Under the pieces are notes generated by a model, which worked only from the letters and a program-made list of their open reading frames with translations, made no database searches and had not been told where the DNA came from. The translations under genes were made by a program, and so were the position numbers. A stretch of 64,000 bases of DNA, taken from assembly GCF_037042905.1 (NCBI RefSeq), contig NC_087251.1, positions 30,072,001 to 30,136,000 on the forward strand, in the 5' to 3' direction. Source of the stretch: Lytechinus pictus. Lineage: Eukaryota. Below, one piece after another: positions 13,501-26,856 of this stretch. Every line of letters begins with the position of its first letter. Within the stretch, counting starts at the first letter, position 1.

Positions 13501-15720
13501 ATCTGCTTCCAGTTTCTTCACCCTGTCATCAGAGAGCAGTCTCCTTCCGTCTACCACTAACTTCGTCATATTTTCATCAGAGAGCAATTAGTCTCCTTCC
13601 ATCTACAACTAGCCCCGTCATCCTTTCAACAGAGAGAGCAATTAGTCTCCTATTAACCACTAGCTTCGTCACTCTTTCATCAGATAGTCTCCTTCCATCT
13701 ACCAAGAGATTCGTCACCCTTTCATCAGAGAGCGGCTAGTCTCCTTCATCAACTAGCGTCGTCACTGGTTAGAGCAAGTATTCTTTTTTCCATTTGCCAC
13801 CAGTTTCTTCACCCTTTCATCAGAGAGCAGTCCCCTTCCATCTACCACTACCTTCGTCACCATTTCATCAGAGAGCAATTATTCTCCTTCCATCTACAAC
13901 TAGCTTCATCACCCTTTCATCAGAGTGCAATTAATCTCCTTCCATCTACAAATAGCTTCGTCACCCTTTCATCAGAGAGCAATCAGTCTCCTTCCATCTA
14001 CAACTAGCTTCGTAATCCTTTCAACAGAGAGAGCAATCGGTCTCTTTACATCTGCCACCAGTTTCTTCACCCTTTCATTAAAGAGCAGTCTCCTTCCATC
14101 TACAACTAGCTTCGTCACCCTTTCATCAGAGAGCAATCAGTCTCCTTCCATCTACAACTAGCTTCGTCATCCTTTCAACAGAGAGAGCAATCAGTCTCCT
14201 TCCATCTGCCACCAGTTTCTTCACTCTTTCATTAAAGAGCAGTCTCCTTCAGCAACTAGCTTCGTTACTATTTAGAGCAAGTAGTCTCTTTCTATCTGCC
14301 ACCAGTTTCGTCACCCTTTCATCAGAGAGCAATCTCCTTCCATCTACCACTAACTTCGTCATCCTTTCATCAAAGAGCAAGTAGTCTCTTTCCATCTGCC
14401 ACCAGTTTCTTCACCCTTTCATCAAAATACAGTCACCTTTCATCTACCACTAGTGTCTTCACCCTTCCATCAAAAGGCAACTTGTTTCTTTCCATCTGCT
14501 TCCAGTTTCTTCACCCTTTCATCAGAAAGCAGTCTCCTTCCATCTACCACTAACTTCTTCATACATTCATCAGGTAGTCTCCTATCTACCAAGAGGTTTG
14601 TCACCCTTACATAAGAGAGCAGCTAGTCTCCTTCCATCTACCAAGAGGTTCGTCACCCTTTCATCAGAGAGCAGTCTCCTTTCATCTATCACTTATCAGA
14701 GTGCAACTAGTCTCCTTCCATATACAACTAGCTTTGTCATCATTTCAACAGAGAGGGCAATTATTCTCCTTCCATCTACAACTAGCTTTGTCACCCTTTC
14801 ATCAGAGAGCAATTTGCCTCCTTCCATCTACCACCAGCTTTGGTCACCCTTTATAAAAGAGCAACTAGTCTCCTACCATCAACCACTAACATCGTCACCC
14901 TTTCATCAGAGAGAAACTAGTCTGCTTTCATGTACCACTAGCTTGATAATCCTTTCATAAGAGAGCAATTGGTCTCCTTCCTCCTACAACTGGATTCGTC
15001 ACCCTTTCATCAGAAAGCAGCTAGTCTTTTTCCATTTACCATTAGCTTCATCACCCTTTCATCGAAGAGCGACTAGACTTCATTCATCTACCACTAGCTT
15101 CGTCACCCTTCTATCAGATATTCTCCTTCCTTCTACAACAAGCTTCGTCACCCTTTCCTAAGAACGCAACCTTCGTCATCCTTTTATAAGAGAGCAACTA
15201 GTCTCTTTCAGCCAAGCACTAGCTTCGTCACCCTTCCATCAAAGAGCAATTATTCTTCTTTCTTCTACAACTTGCTTCGTCACCGTTTCATCAGAGAGCA
15301 AATAGTCTCCATCCATCTACCACTACTTCCGTCACCCTTCCATCACAGAGCACTCTCCTTCCATCTACCACTACCTTTGTCAACATTTCATCAAAGAGCA
15401 ACTAGTCTCCTTCCATCTACCACTAGCTTCATCACTCTTTAATCACCGAGCAACAAGTCACATTTAACTACCACTATCTTCGTGAACACCCTTTTATTAG
15501 CAAGCAACAGATCATATTTATCTACCACATTCTTTGTGAACACCCTTTTATTAGCAAGCAAGTCTCATTTATCTACCACCGTCTTTGTGAACACCCTTTC
15601 ATTAGCAAGCAACAAGTCTCATTTATCTACCGCCGCATTTGTGAACACCCTTTCATCAGCGAGCACCGGGCCTAATTTATCTACCGCCTTCTCTGTGAAC
15701 ACCCTTTCATCAGCGAGCTA
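10575..15720 (+). repeat. Minisatellite array, copy B (~5.1 kb) with ~1.4-1.65-kb higher-order repeats
   Basis: Same 48/52/54-bp units as copy A. The diagnostic variant AATACAGTCACCTTTC occurs at 11351, 12781 and 14426. Confidence 0.95.
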
Positions 15721-18700
15721 CACTTTGCATTATCTTCGACTCTCTATTCAACCAGCATAAGTTCTTCCACTTCTGATGATTTCACCCTTCCTCTCCATTT
15801 AAGGTAAGCAATGACGAATAATTTTGAATGATGATGCCAATTCCATTCCATTCTATAAAAAACCTTATTAAACGAGTATCAAGTATTAGGAAGAAAACAA
15901 TAATACATTTAAAGATCTTCCATAATTCCGCAATATACTAAGACTCCAATTTTAATGAGAATGTCCAATCATTGTCAATAATATGATACGTTGTTATAAT
16001 AGTTTTCCCATGATTAAAAAAAAAAAAAAACTATATATATTATAAATTGCCCAGGCCAAGTTGAAACCAAATGCCTAAAAATGATTTGAGCATATGGGGA
16101 AACTGGTTTGAATGTAACCTTGGGAATTTTTAATGTTCTCTTAGTTTTTCTATTTTCTATTCAGGAGAGATCTTGTGAAAGAGCAATTGCTGATTATATG
16201 GCAACGTTGACCGAGAGAGAACACTGGTGTACGGATAAGAGTGTCTGGATGATTCCAAGGACTGAATCAGTAACTCTGTGGTATATTTTCTCCCTTTTAA
16301 GACAGGAGGAGAATAAAGACAATGTTAATAAAAATGATCGTTCCTATTTACCCAAGGTCGCCATTTCGCATAAGTATTTTAATTCGTAGTCTTCCTTTAG
16401 AGATTAGGCCATGAACCCACACAGGCAAACAGCTCCTAGTGGGACCACCTTGACATAGTTATGTCGTAGTTGACGCTCTTCCAGTGACTGGATGCATTTT
16501 TGTTAACTAAGGAAACCACTTTAGCTGACGTTTGCGATCTTCTATCGACCCCTCTTAACGTATATATTGACTCTGATTTTTCTTAGTTTTACTGAACACC
16601 CAATAACCATGCACTGTGTCCTGCGAACATGAAATGTTTTTATTTTTCTCATTCTCAGAAGCAGTGCGACTGATACAAAAAACAAAAGTTCAGCATATTT
16701 ACTTGATTAAATTTATCTTGATTAATTATGTAATCCAATTGTATTTCAGTCTTAATTTTTGATATGTATATGTTTTCTCTTTTCTAGATGCATTTTAATT
16801 ATACGAATAATAACGATTCTTCTTTTCACAAAGGCAAATCACTTCAGCTGATATTGGTGATATCTGTTGGCACTTTTAACATTATTAACGACCTTTTCTT
16901 AGGTTAACCCTTTTAATGCTATTAGCGTTTTCAATAGGCCTTGTCAACGAGTGTATTGTGGACGACGCTTGATGATGACTCCTATTTCCTAGTTTACTAA
17001 AATCGTATTTAATTGTCGATCTTGAAGCGGCCATGTTAACTTCACATTTTATTGGATCTCTTCTAAAAAAAGGAGCGACTGAAAAGATGAAGAAAGCCAC
17101 CTTTTAAAATTTACTCTTATCATGTTCAATTATATCTTTATGAAAAATTTGGTTTTTATCCTTGGTATGTAATTTGAGTGCATTTTTATAACTTCTGATC
17201 TATATTCTCTTGCAGGTTTGCAACGTTCTAAACATGAATATTGATAATGTTTCTTTTTCTAGTTTTGTTTTGTTTTCCAGCGACCCTGATATCATTACCA
17301 TTAACAACTATTTTTTTCCACTTAGGGTAGCCATTTCAGGTTCATTGACGTTATTCATCCCCTTAACCTTTCTCAGTGCCCTTTTAACATGATATGATAT
17401 TTCTTTTTCTTGTTTCAGAGCGGCTGATACAAAAACAAAAGTTCAATATATTTATTGCAATTTATAATTGATTATTAGCGTAATCCAATGTATTTCCGAT
17501 TCTTTATTTCTTATATATATAAAAAAATTCTGAATGGGTGCATTTTAATAATGATACTTGTTCTTTTTTTACTTTTTTTTAACTAAAAGAAACATCTTCA
17601 GCTGGTGGGTTTTTATTGGCCCTGCTGAAATCGGTAATGACTTTTATTTTTTCTAGAGGTAGCTATTTCAGCTTTTATTGGTAGCTATAAGAGGTCTTAC
17701 CCATATTTCCTAGTGTAGCAGATCCGGCTTTAAATGATGTCTGCAGCGGCCACGCTAACATGTTATTGTTTCTATTCTTCCATTCCAGAAAACAGAGCGG
17801 CTGCATGAAGGGAAAATACAATTTCAAATTTCCTTATCAAGTATTTGAAATATATTTATCAAATGTTTGTTTTATTTTTTTATCCATGGCATTTAATTTT
17901 CGTAACTTGTAGCGTGTGATCTTTATTATCTTTTCAGGCTTGATACGTCTTAAACATTTACGGTTCTTATTCATTTGTGCAGGTTAGCCAGTTCAGCTTT
18001 AAATAGTGGTTTTCCAGAGCATTCGCTGTCATTGTCATCAAAATGATTAACATAACAGTAACTCTTGATTTACATCGGACAGCCACTTCAGCTTTTGTCG
18101 GTCTTCCCTTAGCCTTACCAACACAACGGGTTATAATATTCCTTAAGCCTGCCTCTTATCTTCCTAAGGTAGCCAGCCTCTTCAGAAAGTTTTATTGGTG
18201 GTATTTCAGTGTACCCAGCTATTAGACATATGTTTTATCCCCTTCCTTCATTCTCACAGAGTGGCTGATACAAATACAGAAAGTTCCATTAAACAAAAAT
18301 ATTTGTTGGTACTGACTACAGAATGTGAATACAGGCTTAGGTTTCTCGGGATCTGAGACTGCGGCCCGCGGATCATTTTTGTGCGACCCGCCAACATTTT
18401 CAAGGTGATCAACTTTTATAGATTTTGAATTTAATTAGGTAGTGCTTTTATTTATGTTTATTTATTTATCACTCGTGGGATTGAACACCCTATTAGCAAA
18501 TTATGCTATGCTGTAGCGTATTTTTTTTTTTTTTTTACTTATGTTACAGAAGTTTATTTTACTTATCCAAACTTTTTTTCTTTAAGTTTGTATGCCGAGT
18601 TTTGATTTTGATTAATTTTAACTGATACACTTCCCAGAACCTGTGTTAAGTGTTATTTTCCTGCATAGTTCTTCATCATACTTAATTTGTTCATACTAAA

Positions 18701-21700
18701 CTGACTACCTCCAATCGTGCCAATAAATCTTGGAGAACTAGAATTCCTTTCATTCTGACTTTATATAAAACTTGACCAACAAAATACAAGGTAAAACTAC
18801 AGGGGATATTTATATTTGTCTATCTCCAATATAACGATTATCATGATGTTCTTTAAAACAATATAGACAATGCTATCTTCACTCTCTGTTTTGCGGGTGT
18901 ATAGATGGAGGGGGCGGGGATTGGCGTCTCTCAGAGGTTCTTTGATTAAAAAAAAAAGAAAACGGAAAATAAACGGAGAAAATGAAAGAAAATAAAGTCC
19001 AGTCCAATGGTGAAATTTGATATTAGTTTATGAATAGGCCTATGTGTCATAATATATCACAAAATGGTATTTTAATTTTAAAACTTCAAAATATTTGCTC
19101 GCTTTCAACTTTTGGGGATTTTGTCCCGCTTGATGTATCGTGTTCCTCTATTTTGCAACCAAAGACCAACTACACGATTTTGCAACCAAAGACCAACTGC
19201 TATTTGACCAGGACCCATATTCATAAAACCTTAAATGTATAAATCACATAATTGTGTTTTAAGTTCTATGTGATTTGTGATATGTATTTATTATTGTACC
19301 AGTATTCATAGTCTCTCTTTTTAATCCCACAGTTTTCACGGGATTAAAATTCTCAAGTTATCTGGAAGTTGTTTCAACATATGGACATAGAGATGGAATA
19401 AAAACTATCATGCACGTTTTCACATCAAAGACTCAATTTGGGTAGAAGTTTGTGTTCTGATTTATTCATCGTTGACTTCACTACAGCCACAATGCCACGC
19501 CTCCTCCAACGATGAAATTGAGAAATATCTCCAACAAGACTTGATGAATTGAGAATGCTGCAATGTGATAAATTCTTACTAAATGCCTGATATCCATTTT
19601 TACAATTGGATCGTGGACACGAAGAAAGAAGAACATTCGATAACATTCTTGGTGATCCATTCTGATCTTCATACATTTGAATATTATTAGGAAGAACTCC
19701 AGTCACAGAATCAGTTTACAATATTCTTGGACAGATCTCTATAATTTTCTTTTGCGGACTAGTCACAATTTTACAAGGCAGAACTTCGCTGAGACTAATC
19801 CGAACCTTACGGGAGGTTTGTTGATGGGTCTCTGGACGGTTGTTCTCCTCTTGATTTATAAATTTGAACTTGATAATATCGGGAATATCAGTGGACAGAA
19901 ACATGATTGTGGAGATGTGGATGAATATTTTATCACTGGATCTTAAAGGAAATATTTGTTTGGAGCTGAAATCTTGTTGCTGTGAGCGTGGATGCATGAC
20001 GATATCAGAAAGAGGACAGATGTCAGACTGAACATTTGTATGAGTGAGTCCATTTTACCCCTAGAACAACGCGGCAATATCACTTAATGATCTTATTGAA
20101 ACTTTGACATTTATGGATATGGGTTACGGTTTAGTTTTAGTGCCAGGATTGTAGAGTAAGTTAATTAGACAAAATGATAGGGTCCCCATAGGAGCATGAC
20201 CGAAGCTTGATCTTAGCCCATCTCCTTAAATGTTATTGTGTCATATCAAGAAGATTGCTTTGTTGTCACCTACGGGTAATCAAATAAATTTGAATATTTT
20301 GTTATGTTTATGTACCGAAAGCTTTACAACTTTTTTTTTTTTTTTAAATGTTGTACGGCTTTTCTCCAACAAATCTCGTTGAATTGTTCGTTAGCTCGGA
20401 AGCGCGTACTTTCATACAGGGGCGGTTCCAAAGGGAGGGGCAGGCCTTGCCCGTAAGATGATTTTTGTTTTATTTAATGAAACAAAACACAAGAGTAGAT
20501 TAAGGGGCTTTGACAATCGCTCTTGCGATCGTTTGCGATCATTTTGTCATAATATATATTGCACACAATCGCAACGGTTGTAAACAGTCTCACCAGCAAT
20601 TGTGAAAGGGGCTTTGAAAAAAAACGAATATAGAAAGAAAATGTCAATTTAACTCTATAAGGCCCCTATTGTTCAATTGAAAAAAAAAAAACTTACGTCA
20701 ACTTTCGGTCGTCTTACCCCCTATACACTGGCACCGCCCCTGGGTAATATATGCTTTCTTGTACCAAGATTTTTGGCATGTGAAATTATCGTAGAAAGCA
20801 TTAACGATATTCGGTATTCGATTCGGGCGTTAATCGGTTTCGCATCCGAAAGACATAGACATCACGTATGCTTTCGTAGGAATACGTTCATTTACAAGGT
20901 GAGATATATATATTTTTTTGGGGGGGTTGTCTCTATGATGATTTTATTCGTTTGATTGATTTTTGGGCATTTTGCTGCCCAATGCACTACACAGTGTAAA
21001 AGGAACCAAGTGCTAAGTAAGTAATTTTGTACAATTTTGTATTATGGTATGCCAATTATATTTCTAATTTTCTAAATTTCCATACAATTTCTACTCCACT
21101 TATCATAAAGTATGACCCAGTGCAAAGTCCCATAACGGAGTTGTTAACCAAAGGAGTATTTTTTCCCTAGGTAATCCTCACTATTCAGTCTATTGTGAGT
21201 GAGAATCGATGATTCATATTTAATATTAGGCCTATCGATGTAGAAAGTGGCAGAGTAGTAGACTGTTTCCACTCCAGAAGAAGAAAAAGAAGAACAACAA
21301 CAAGAAGAACAAGAAGAAAGGTCTATATTCAGTTAAATGGTGGATAAGGACAAGAATGGTTTAGAATTTAATTTCTTCCTACATTTAGGTCTCATCTTAA
21401 TATGCTCAGATTTATTTCCTAATTCCTGTTCGACAGAATAACAAGTCCCATGCACGTGATATAATAATAGATATAGACATCGTTACAATTATGGACCCCA
21501 TTGAAGAATATGATTGTCGTGTTGACAAAGCTTAATATGGGTTATCCATCCGTTTTATAATTTTGTTTTTATACGGAAAATGAATACTATACTATTGTAG
21601 TTACTCAGAGAATCGTGTATTCTAGGTAGGAAAGGCCTATATGCGCTTACAAAGGTAAATTGATAACAATCAGAGACTGGTAGACATAGCTGAAACAGAA

Positions 21701-23404
21701 GGAGGGGGAGTAACAGTCATGAAAATGTGTACCGGATGATGGTGATGATGATGATAATAGTGATGAAATTGTTGATATAGAAAGTGGCAGATAGCACTGT
21801 ACTGTTTCCAACTCAGAAGAAGAAGAAGAAAAAGAAGAAGGAAAAGAAGAAGAAGAAGAGTCTATATATATAGTTAAATGATGGATAAAGACAAGATTGG
21901 TTTAGAATTCAATTTCTTCATACAATTGTAATGATATAACGGTGTAGTAATGTTGATTGTAAATATTGTAAAAAAAATGTTAACTTGAATGTTTCATATT
22001 CTAGATCAACTGCATAATCTTGTATAGAAATCATTATAAAAATCAACTTTTTCATTAGCATGGATTTTTGTGTTTATGTTTCAGGACTGTATCGAATGTA
22101 TCAATTAACTACGCAACACTGGCTTCCATCGGTTCGTCGGCCCTGAGCAAACCTCATGTGATCGATGTGCTGCACGAGTTATTTACCGAGAGATAGGATA
22201 TCACTTCATGATCTTAATGAAACTGAATTTGATCGAGCTAGTTTGTGAAGCGAAGTTTCATGCTAGGATTTGTAGGAAAATCCATACACTTAAGTCCCCA
22301 GTAGGTGCCTAACTCAACTTGCTAGGAAAATGCTATAATTTCATCTCGAGACGATTGCAGCATAGTCACCCAAAGGTGACTTATTTTTAACGTGACTGTG
22401 GTAGTCAGACTGTTTCGAAAAACAATTTAGGTTGCGCCTTATTTACAATCGTTAAATTTATTGCCTTCTTGACGTTCTATTTTCGTTCGGTCGCCCCTCA
22501 CGCATTCGCTGAGTCTCTCGTACGTTCGTTTGTTTCTTGCGATAATTCATCATGCTCACATCATAAAAGCATCGATCGTTCGAATCATCGCGGTAAGTCT
22601 TATTTCATTTGAACTCTTTTAACAATTTCTCTATACATATCGATTACTGGCATAAGTGTATATTTTATCATTCGTTATTGCATTTAGTGTAATTAAAATG
22701 TTGTAATTTTGGTTTGATATTTCAATACAGATTCACACCACCATACACTTAAGTGATGGAGACATAGTTTTGAGCAAAATTACCGCGAATTTATTTTAGA
22801 GCTATGAAGGGAGCTTTAGATTAATTAGGTATATGCAATGGATAAAATTGCTGATCATAATCAAACTGGCAGCAACATTGGTTTGATATATTTCTACTGA
22901 TAGATCTAGTTCATAAATATAAATAACAAAGTAGGATGCTTATGTGACAACAACCATGAAGCTTGTTTTGTATTCTAGATCTATTTACGTATTATTACAC
23001 GCTAAACAATCGTCAGAAGAAGACTATTGTATTTTCTCGTTTATGTTGCAGGTCTGAAAGCGGAATACACCTTCACGCAGGTTTAAAGAGAAACTTCTGC
23101 AACCATGTCGACTAGGAAGAATCTCATGAAAATAGACCTAGCTCTGCGAGAGTCGCAAGTCTGTAGGACAATTATTCAGCAATTATACAGCAATTTCGTG
23201 GCAAGCTAAAACGACTGAACAATGAACATTTTGTCACATCCATAAGAGGAATGGATTTGAATGTTTTAAATCAGTTACATGATCACCTTGTGGAGTATAT
23301 GGTTGAAATGATGTTGTAAAGTCAGATTTTTAACAATATGGATATATGTGTGTTTAATCCATATTTTAATGGCATGATCTTAGTTACTTCCGTCAAGTTC
23401 GGAA

Positions 23405-26400
23405 CGCAACAAGTCTCCTTCCATCTATCACTAGCTTCGTCACCCTTTTATCAGACAGCAACTAGTCTCCTTCATCTACCACTAGTTTTATTTATTACCC
23501 TTTCATCAGAGAGCAGTCTCTACTATCTTCGGCATCATTCCATCAGATAATCTTCTTTATACCAATAGTGTCGTAACTCTTTCATCAGAACGCAACCTTC
23601 GTCACCCTTTCACTTTCATAAGAGAGCAACTAGTCTCCTTCCATCTACCACTAGCTTCGTCACCCTTTCATCATAGAGCAACCTTCGTCACCCTTTTTAC
23701 GTTCATAAGAGAGCAACTAGTCTCCATCGATCTACCACTAGCTTTGTCGACCTTTCATCAGAGAGCAACTAGTCTCCTTCTTCTACCACTATCTTCGTCA
23801 CCCTCTCAGAACGCAACTTTCGTCACCATTTCATAAGAGAGCAACTAGTCTCCATCGATCTACCACTAGCTTTGTCGACCTTTCGTCAGGGAGCAACTAG
23901 TCTCCTTCCATCTGCAACCAGCTTTGTCACCTTTTCATCGGAGAGCATTCTCCTTCCATCTACCACTATCTTCGTCACCTTTTCATCAGGTAGCAATTAG
24001 TCCCCTTTCTACTACAACTAGCATCGTCGACCTTTCATCAGAACGCAAACTTCGTCACCATTTCATCAGAGAGCAATTAGTCTCCTTCTTCTACCACTAT
24101 CTTCGTCACCCTCTCAGAACGCAACTTTCGTCACTATTTCATAAGAGAGCAACTAGTCTCCATCGATCTACCACTAGGTTTGTCGACCTTTCATCAGAGA
24201 GCAACTAGTCTCCTTTCATTTACCACTACCTTCATCAACCTGTCATAACAGAGCAACTAGTCTCCATAGATCTACCACTAGCTTCTAGCTTCGTCACCCT
24301 TCCATCAGAGAGCAACCTTCGTCATCCTTTCGTCAGGGAGCAACTAGTCTTCTTCCATGTACTACCAGCTTTGTCACCGTGTCATTGGAGAGCAGTATCC
24401 TTTCATCTACCACTACCTTCGTCACCCCATCATCAGATAGCCATTAGTCTCCTTCTTTCTAGCACTACGTCACCCTTTCATAAGAGAGTGGACAGTCTCC
24501 TTCCATCTACCACTATCTTCGTCACCCTTTCATCAGACAGCAATTAGTCCCCTTCCTACTACAACTAGCATCGTCGACCTTTCATCAGAGAGCAACCAGT
24601 CTCCTTCCATCTCCCAACAGCTTTGTCATCCTTCCATCAGAGAGCAACTAGTCTACTTCCTTCAACTAGCTTCGTCATTCTTTCATAACATTTCTAGTAG
24701 TCTCCTATCTACCACCGGCTTCGTAATCCTCCCAATCAGAGAGCAACTAGTCTCCATCGATCTACCACTAGCTTCGTCACCCTTTCATCAGAAAGCAATT
24801 AGTCTCCTTCCTCTACCACTATCTTCGTTACCCTTTCATCAGAACGCAAACTTCGTCACCCTTTCATAAGAGAGCAACCAGTCTCCATCTATCTACCACT
24901 AGCTTCGTCACCCTTTCATCAGAACGCAAACTTCGTCACCATTTCATCAGAGAGCAATTAGTCTGCTATCTACCACTAGCTTCGTCGCCGTTTCATCAGA
25001 AAGCATTTAGTCTCCTTCTCCTACCACTATCTTCGTCACCCTCTCAGAACGCAACCTTCGTCACCCTTTCATTGAGAGAGCAACTAGTTTCCTTCCATGT
25101 ACTACCAGCTTTGTCACCGTGTCATTGGGGAGCAATCTCCTTTCATCTACCACTACCTTCGTCACCTTATCATCAGATAGCGATTATTCTCCTTCCATCT
25201 AGCACTACGCCACCCTTTCATAAGAGAGGCCAGTCTCCTTCCATCTGCCACTAGCTTCGTCACCCTCCCATGGGAGAGCAACTTGTCTCCATAGCTCTAC
25301 CACTAGCTTTGTCACCCTTTCATCAGAACGCAACCTTTGTCACCATTTCATCAGAGAGCAATTAGTCTATTATCTACCACTAGCTTCGTCGCCGTTATAT
25401 CAGAAAGCATTTAGTCTCCTTCTACCACTATCTTCGTCACCCTCTCAAAACGCAACCTTCGTCACCCATTCATCAGAGAGCAACATTTGTCACCCTTTCA
25501 TTGAGAGAGCAACCAGCCTTTTTCCATATACAACTAGCTTCGTCACCCTTTCATTAGAGAGCAACTAGTTTCCTTCCATGTACTACCAGCTTTGTCACCG
25601 TGTCATTGGAGAGCAGTCTCCTTTCATCTACCACTATCTTCGTCACCCTATCATCAGATAGCAATTAGTCTCCTTCCATCTAGCACTACGTTCGCAACCC
25701 TAAAGAGAGAGACCAGTCTCTTTCCATCTACCACTAGCTTCGTCACCCTTTCATCAGAGAGCAATTAGTCTCCTTCCATCTACAACTAGCTTCGCCACCC
25801 TTTCATAACAGAGCAATTAGTCTCCTATCTACCCCCTGCTTCGTCACCCTCCCATCAGAGAGCAACTAGTCTCCATCGATTTACCACCAGCTTCGTCAAA
25901 CTTTCATCAGAGAGCAACTAGTCTCCTCCCATCTAGCTCTACCTTTGTCACTCTTTCATCAGAGTGCAACCTTCGTCACCCTTTCATAAGAGAGCAATAA
26001 GTCTCCTATCTACTACTATCTTCGTCACCCTTTTATCAGAGAGCAATTATTCTCTTTCCATTTAGCACTAGCTTCGTCACCCTCCCATCGGAGAGTAACT
26101 AGTCTCCATCGATCTACCACTAGCTTCGTCACCCTTTCATCAGAACGCAACCTTCGTTACCCTTTCATCAGAAAGCACTTAGTCTCCCTCTGTCTACCAC
26201 CGGGTTCGTCATCCTTTCATCAGAGAGCAATTAGTCTCCTTCCTCTACCAATAGCTTTGTCACCCTTTCATCAGATCTCAACCTACGTTATCCTTTCTTA
26301 ACAGATCATCTAGTCTTCTTATATCTACCACTAGTTTCGTCTCCCTTCCATCAGAGAGCAGTCTCTTCCCATCTGCCACTACTGTCTCCACCCTTCCATC

Positions 26401-26570
26401 TATCTCTAACTTCATTGCTCATTAATCACCGAGCGACAAGTCTCATTTATCTTCCACTATCTTCGTGAACACCCTTTGATCAGTGAGCGACAAGTCTCAT
26501 TTATCTACCACTATCTTCGTGAACACCCTTTGATCAGTGAGCGACAAGTCTCATTTATCTACCACTATCT
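23405..26570 (+). repeat. Minisatellite array, copy C (more diverged; many short ~24-bp deletion units)
   Basis: Same core unit. Copy-enriched variants such as TCTCCATCGATCTACC and CAGAACGCAACCTTCGTCACC. Confidence 0.92.
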
Positions 26571-26856
26571 ATGGGTGCGTCTTGGTCTAGTGGTTCTGAC
26601 TCTCGCCTTTAAAACAGAGGGTCGTGTGTTCGAATCGTAGCCATGGCGTATTTTCCTTCAGCAAGAAATTTATCCACACTGTGCTGCACTCGACCCAGGT
26701 GAGGTGAATGGGTACCCGGCAGGAGTAATTCCTTGCATGCACTGAGCGCCGGTGATGGTAGCTCGAGCTAAAGCCGGGGTAATAATAGCAGCGCTTTGTA
26801 TCCTCTGGCAAAAAGCGCTTTATAAATCCAACTATTATTATCATAATTATTATTAT
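26571..26856 (+). mobile_element. tRNA-derived SINE inserted in the 54-bp repeat
   Basis: A-box TTGGTCTAGTGG, B-box GTTCGAATC, core CACTCGACCCAGGTGAGGTGAATGGGTACC, AGCGCTTT...AAAGCGCT stem, (TAT)n tail. TATCT flanks both sides (26566-70, 26857-61). Confidence 0.9.

Larger units (their letters stand above)
7700..20090 (+). pseudogene. Copy B, complete decayed gene: TNFR-like Cys-rich exons + Ser/Thr repeat stalk + TM-like + SEFIR/TIR-like tail
   Basis: Exon 1 ends 7824 (AAG|GTGAGA). Exon 2 is 9259-9331 (DCMECPK*..., donor apparently GT>TT). Exon 3 runs from 10202 (QPCRLGRIS) to 15803. Exon 4 is 16165-16280. The last exon starts at 19333. The 5' start is approximate. Confidence 0.55.
1..23400 (+). 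repeat. Tandem segmental duplication, offset about 13.1 kb
   Basis: Position 1 aligns with 13106. ORF pairs 820/13925, 1493/14598, 2377/15482, 3003/16108 and 4105/17210 are all offset by exactly 13,105. Homology continues with indels to about 10570/23400. Confidence 0.97.

Noticed and set aside
820..15760. Short Ser/Thr-rich ORFs as current CDS
   Set aside because: They are fragments between frameshifting 52-bp units; no continuous frame exists.
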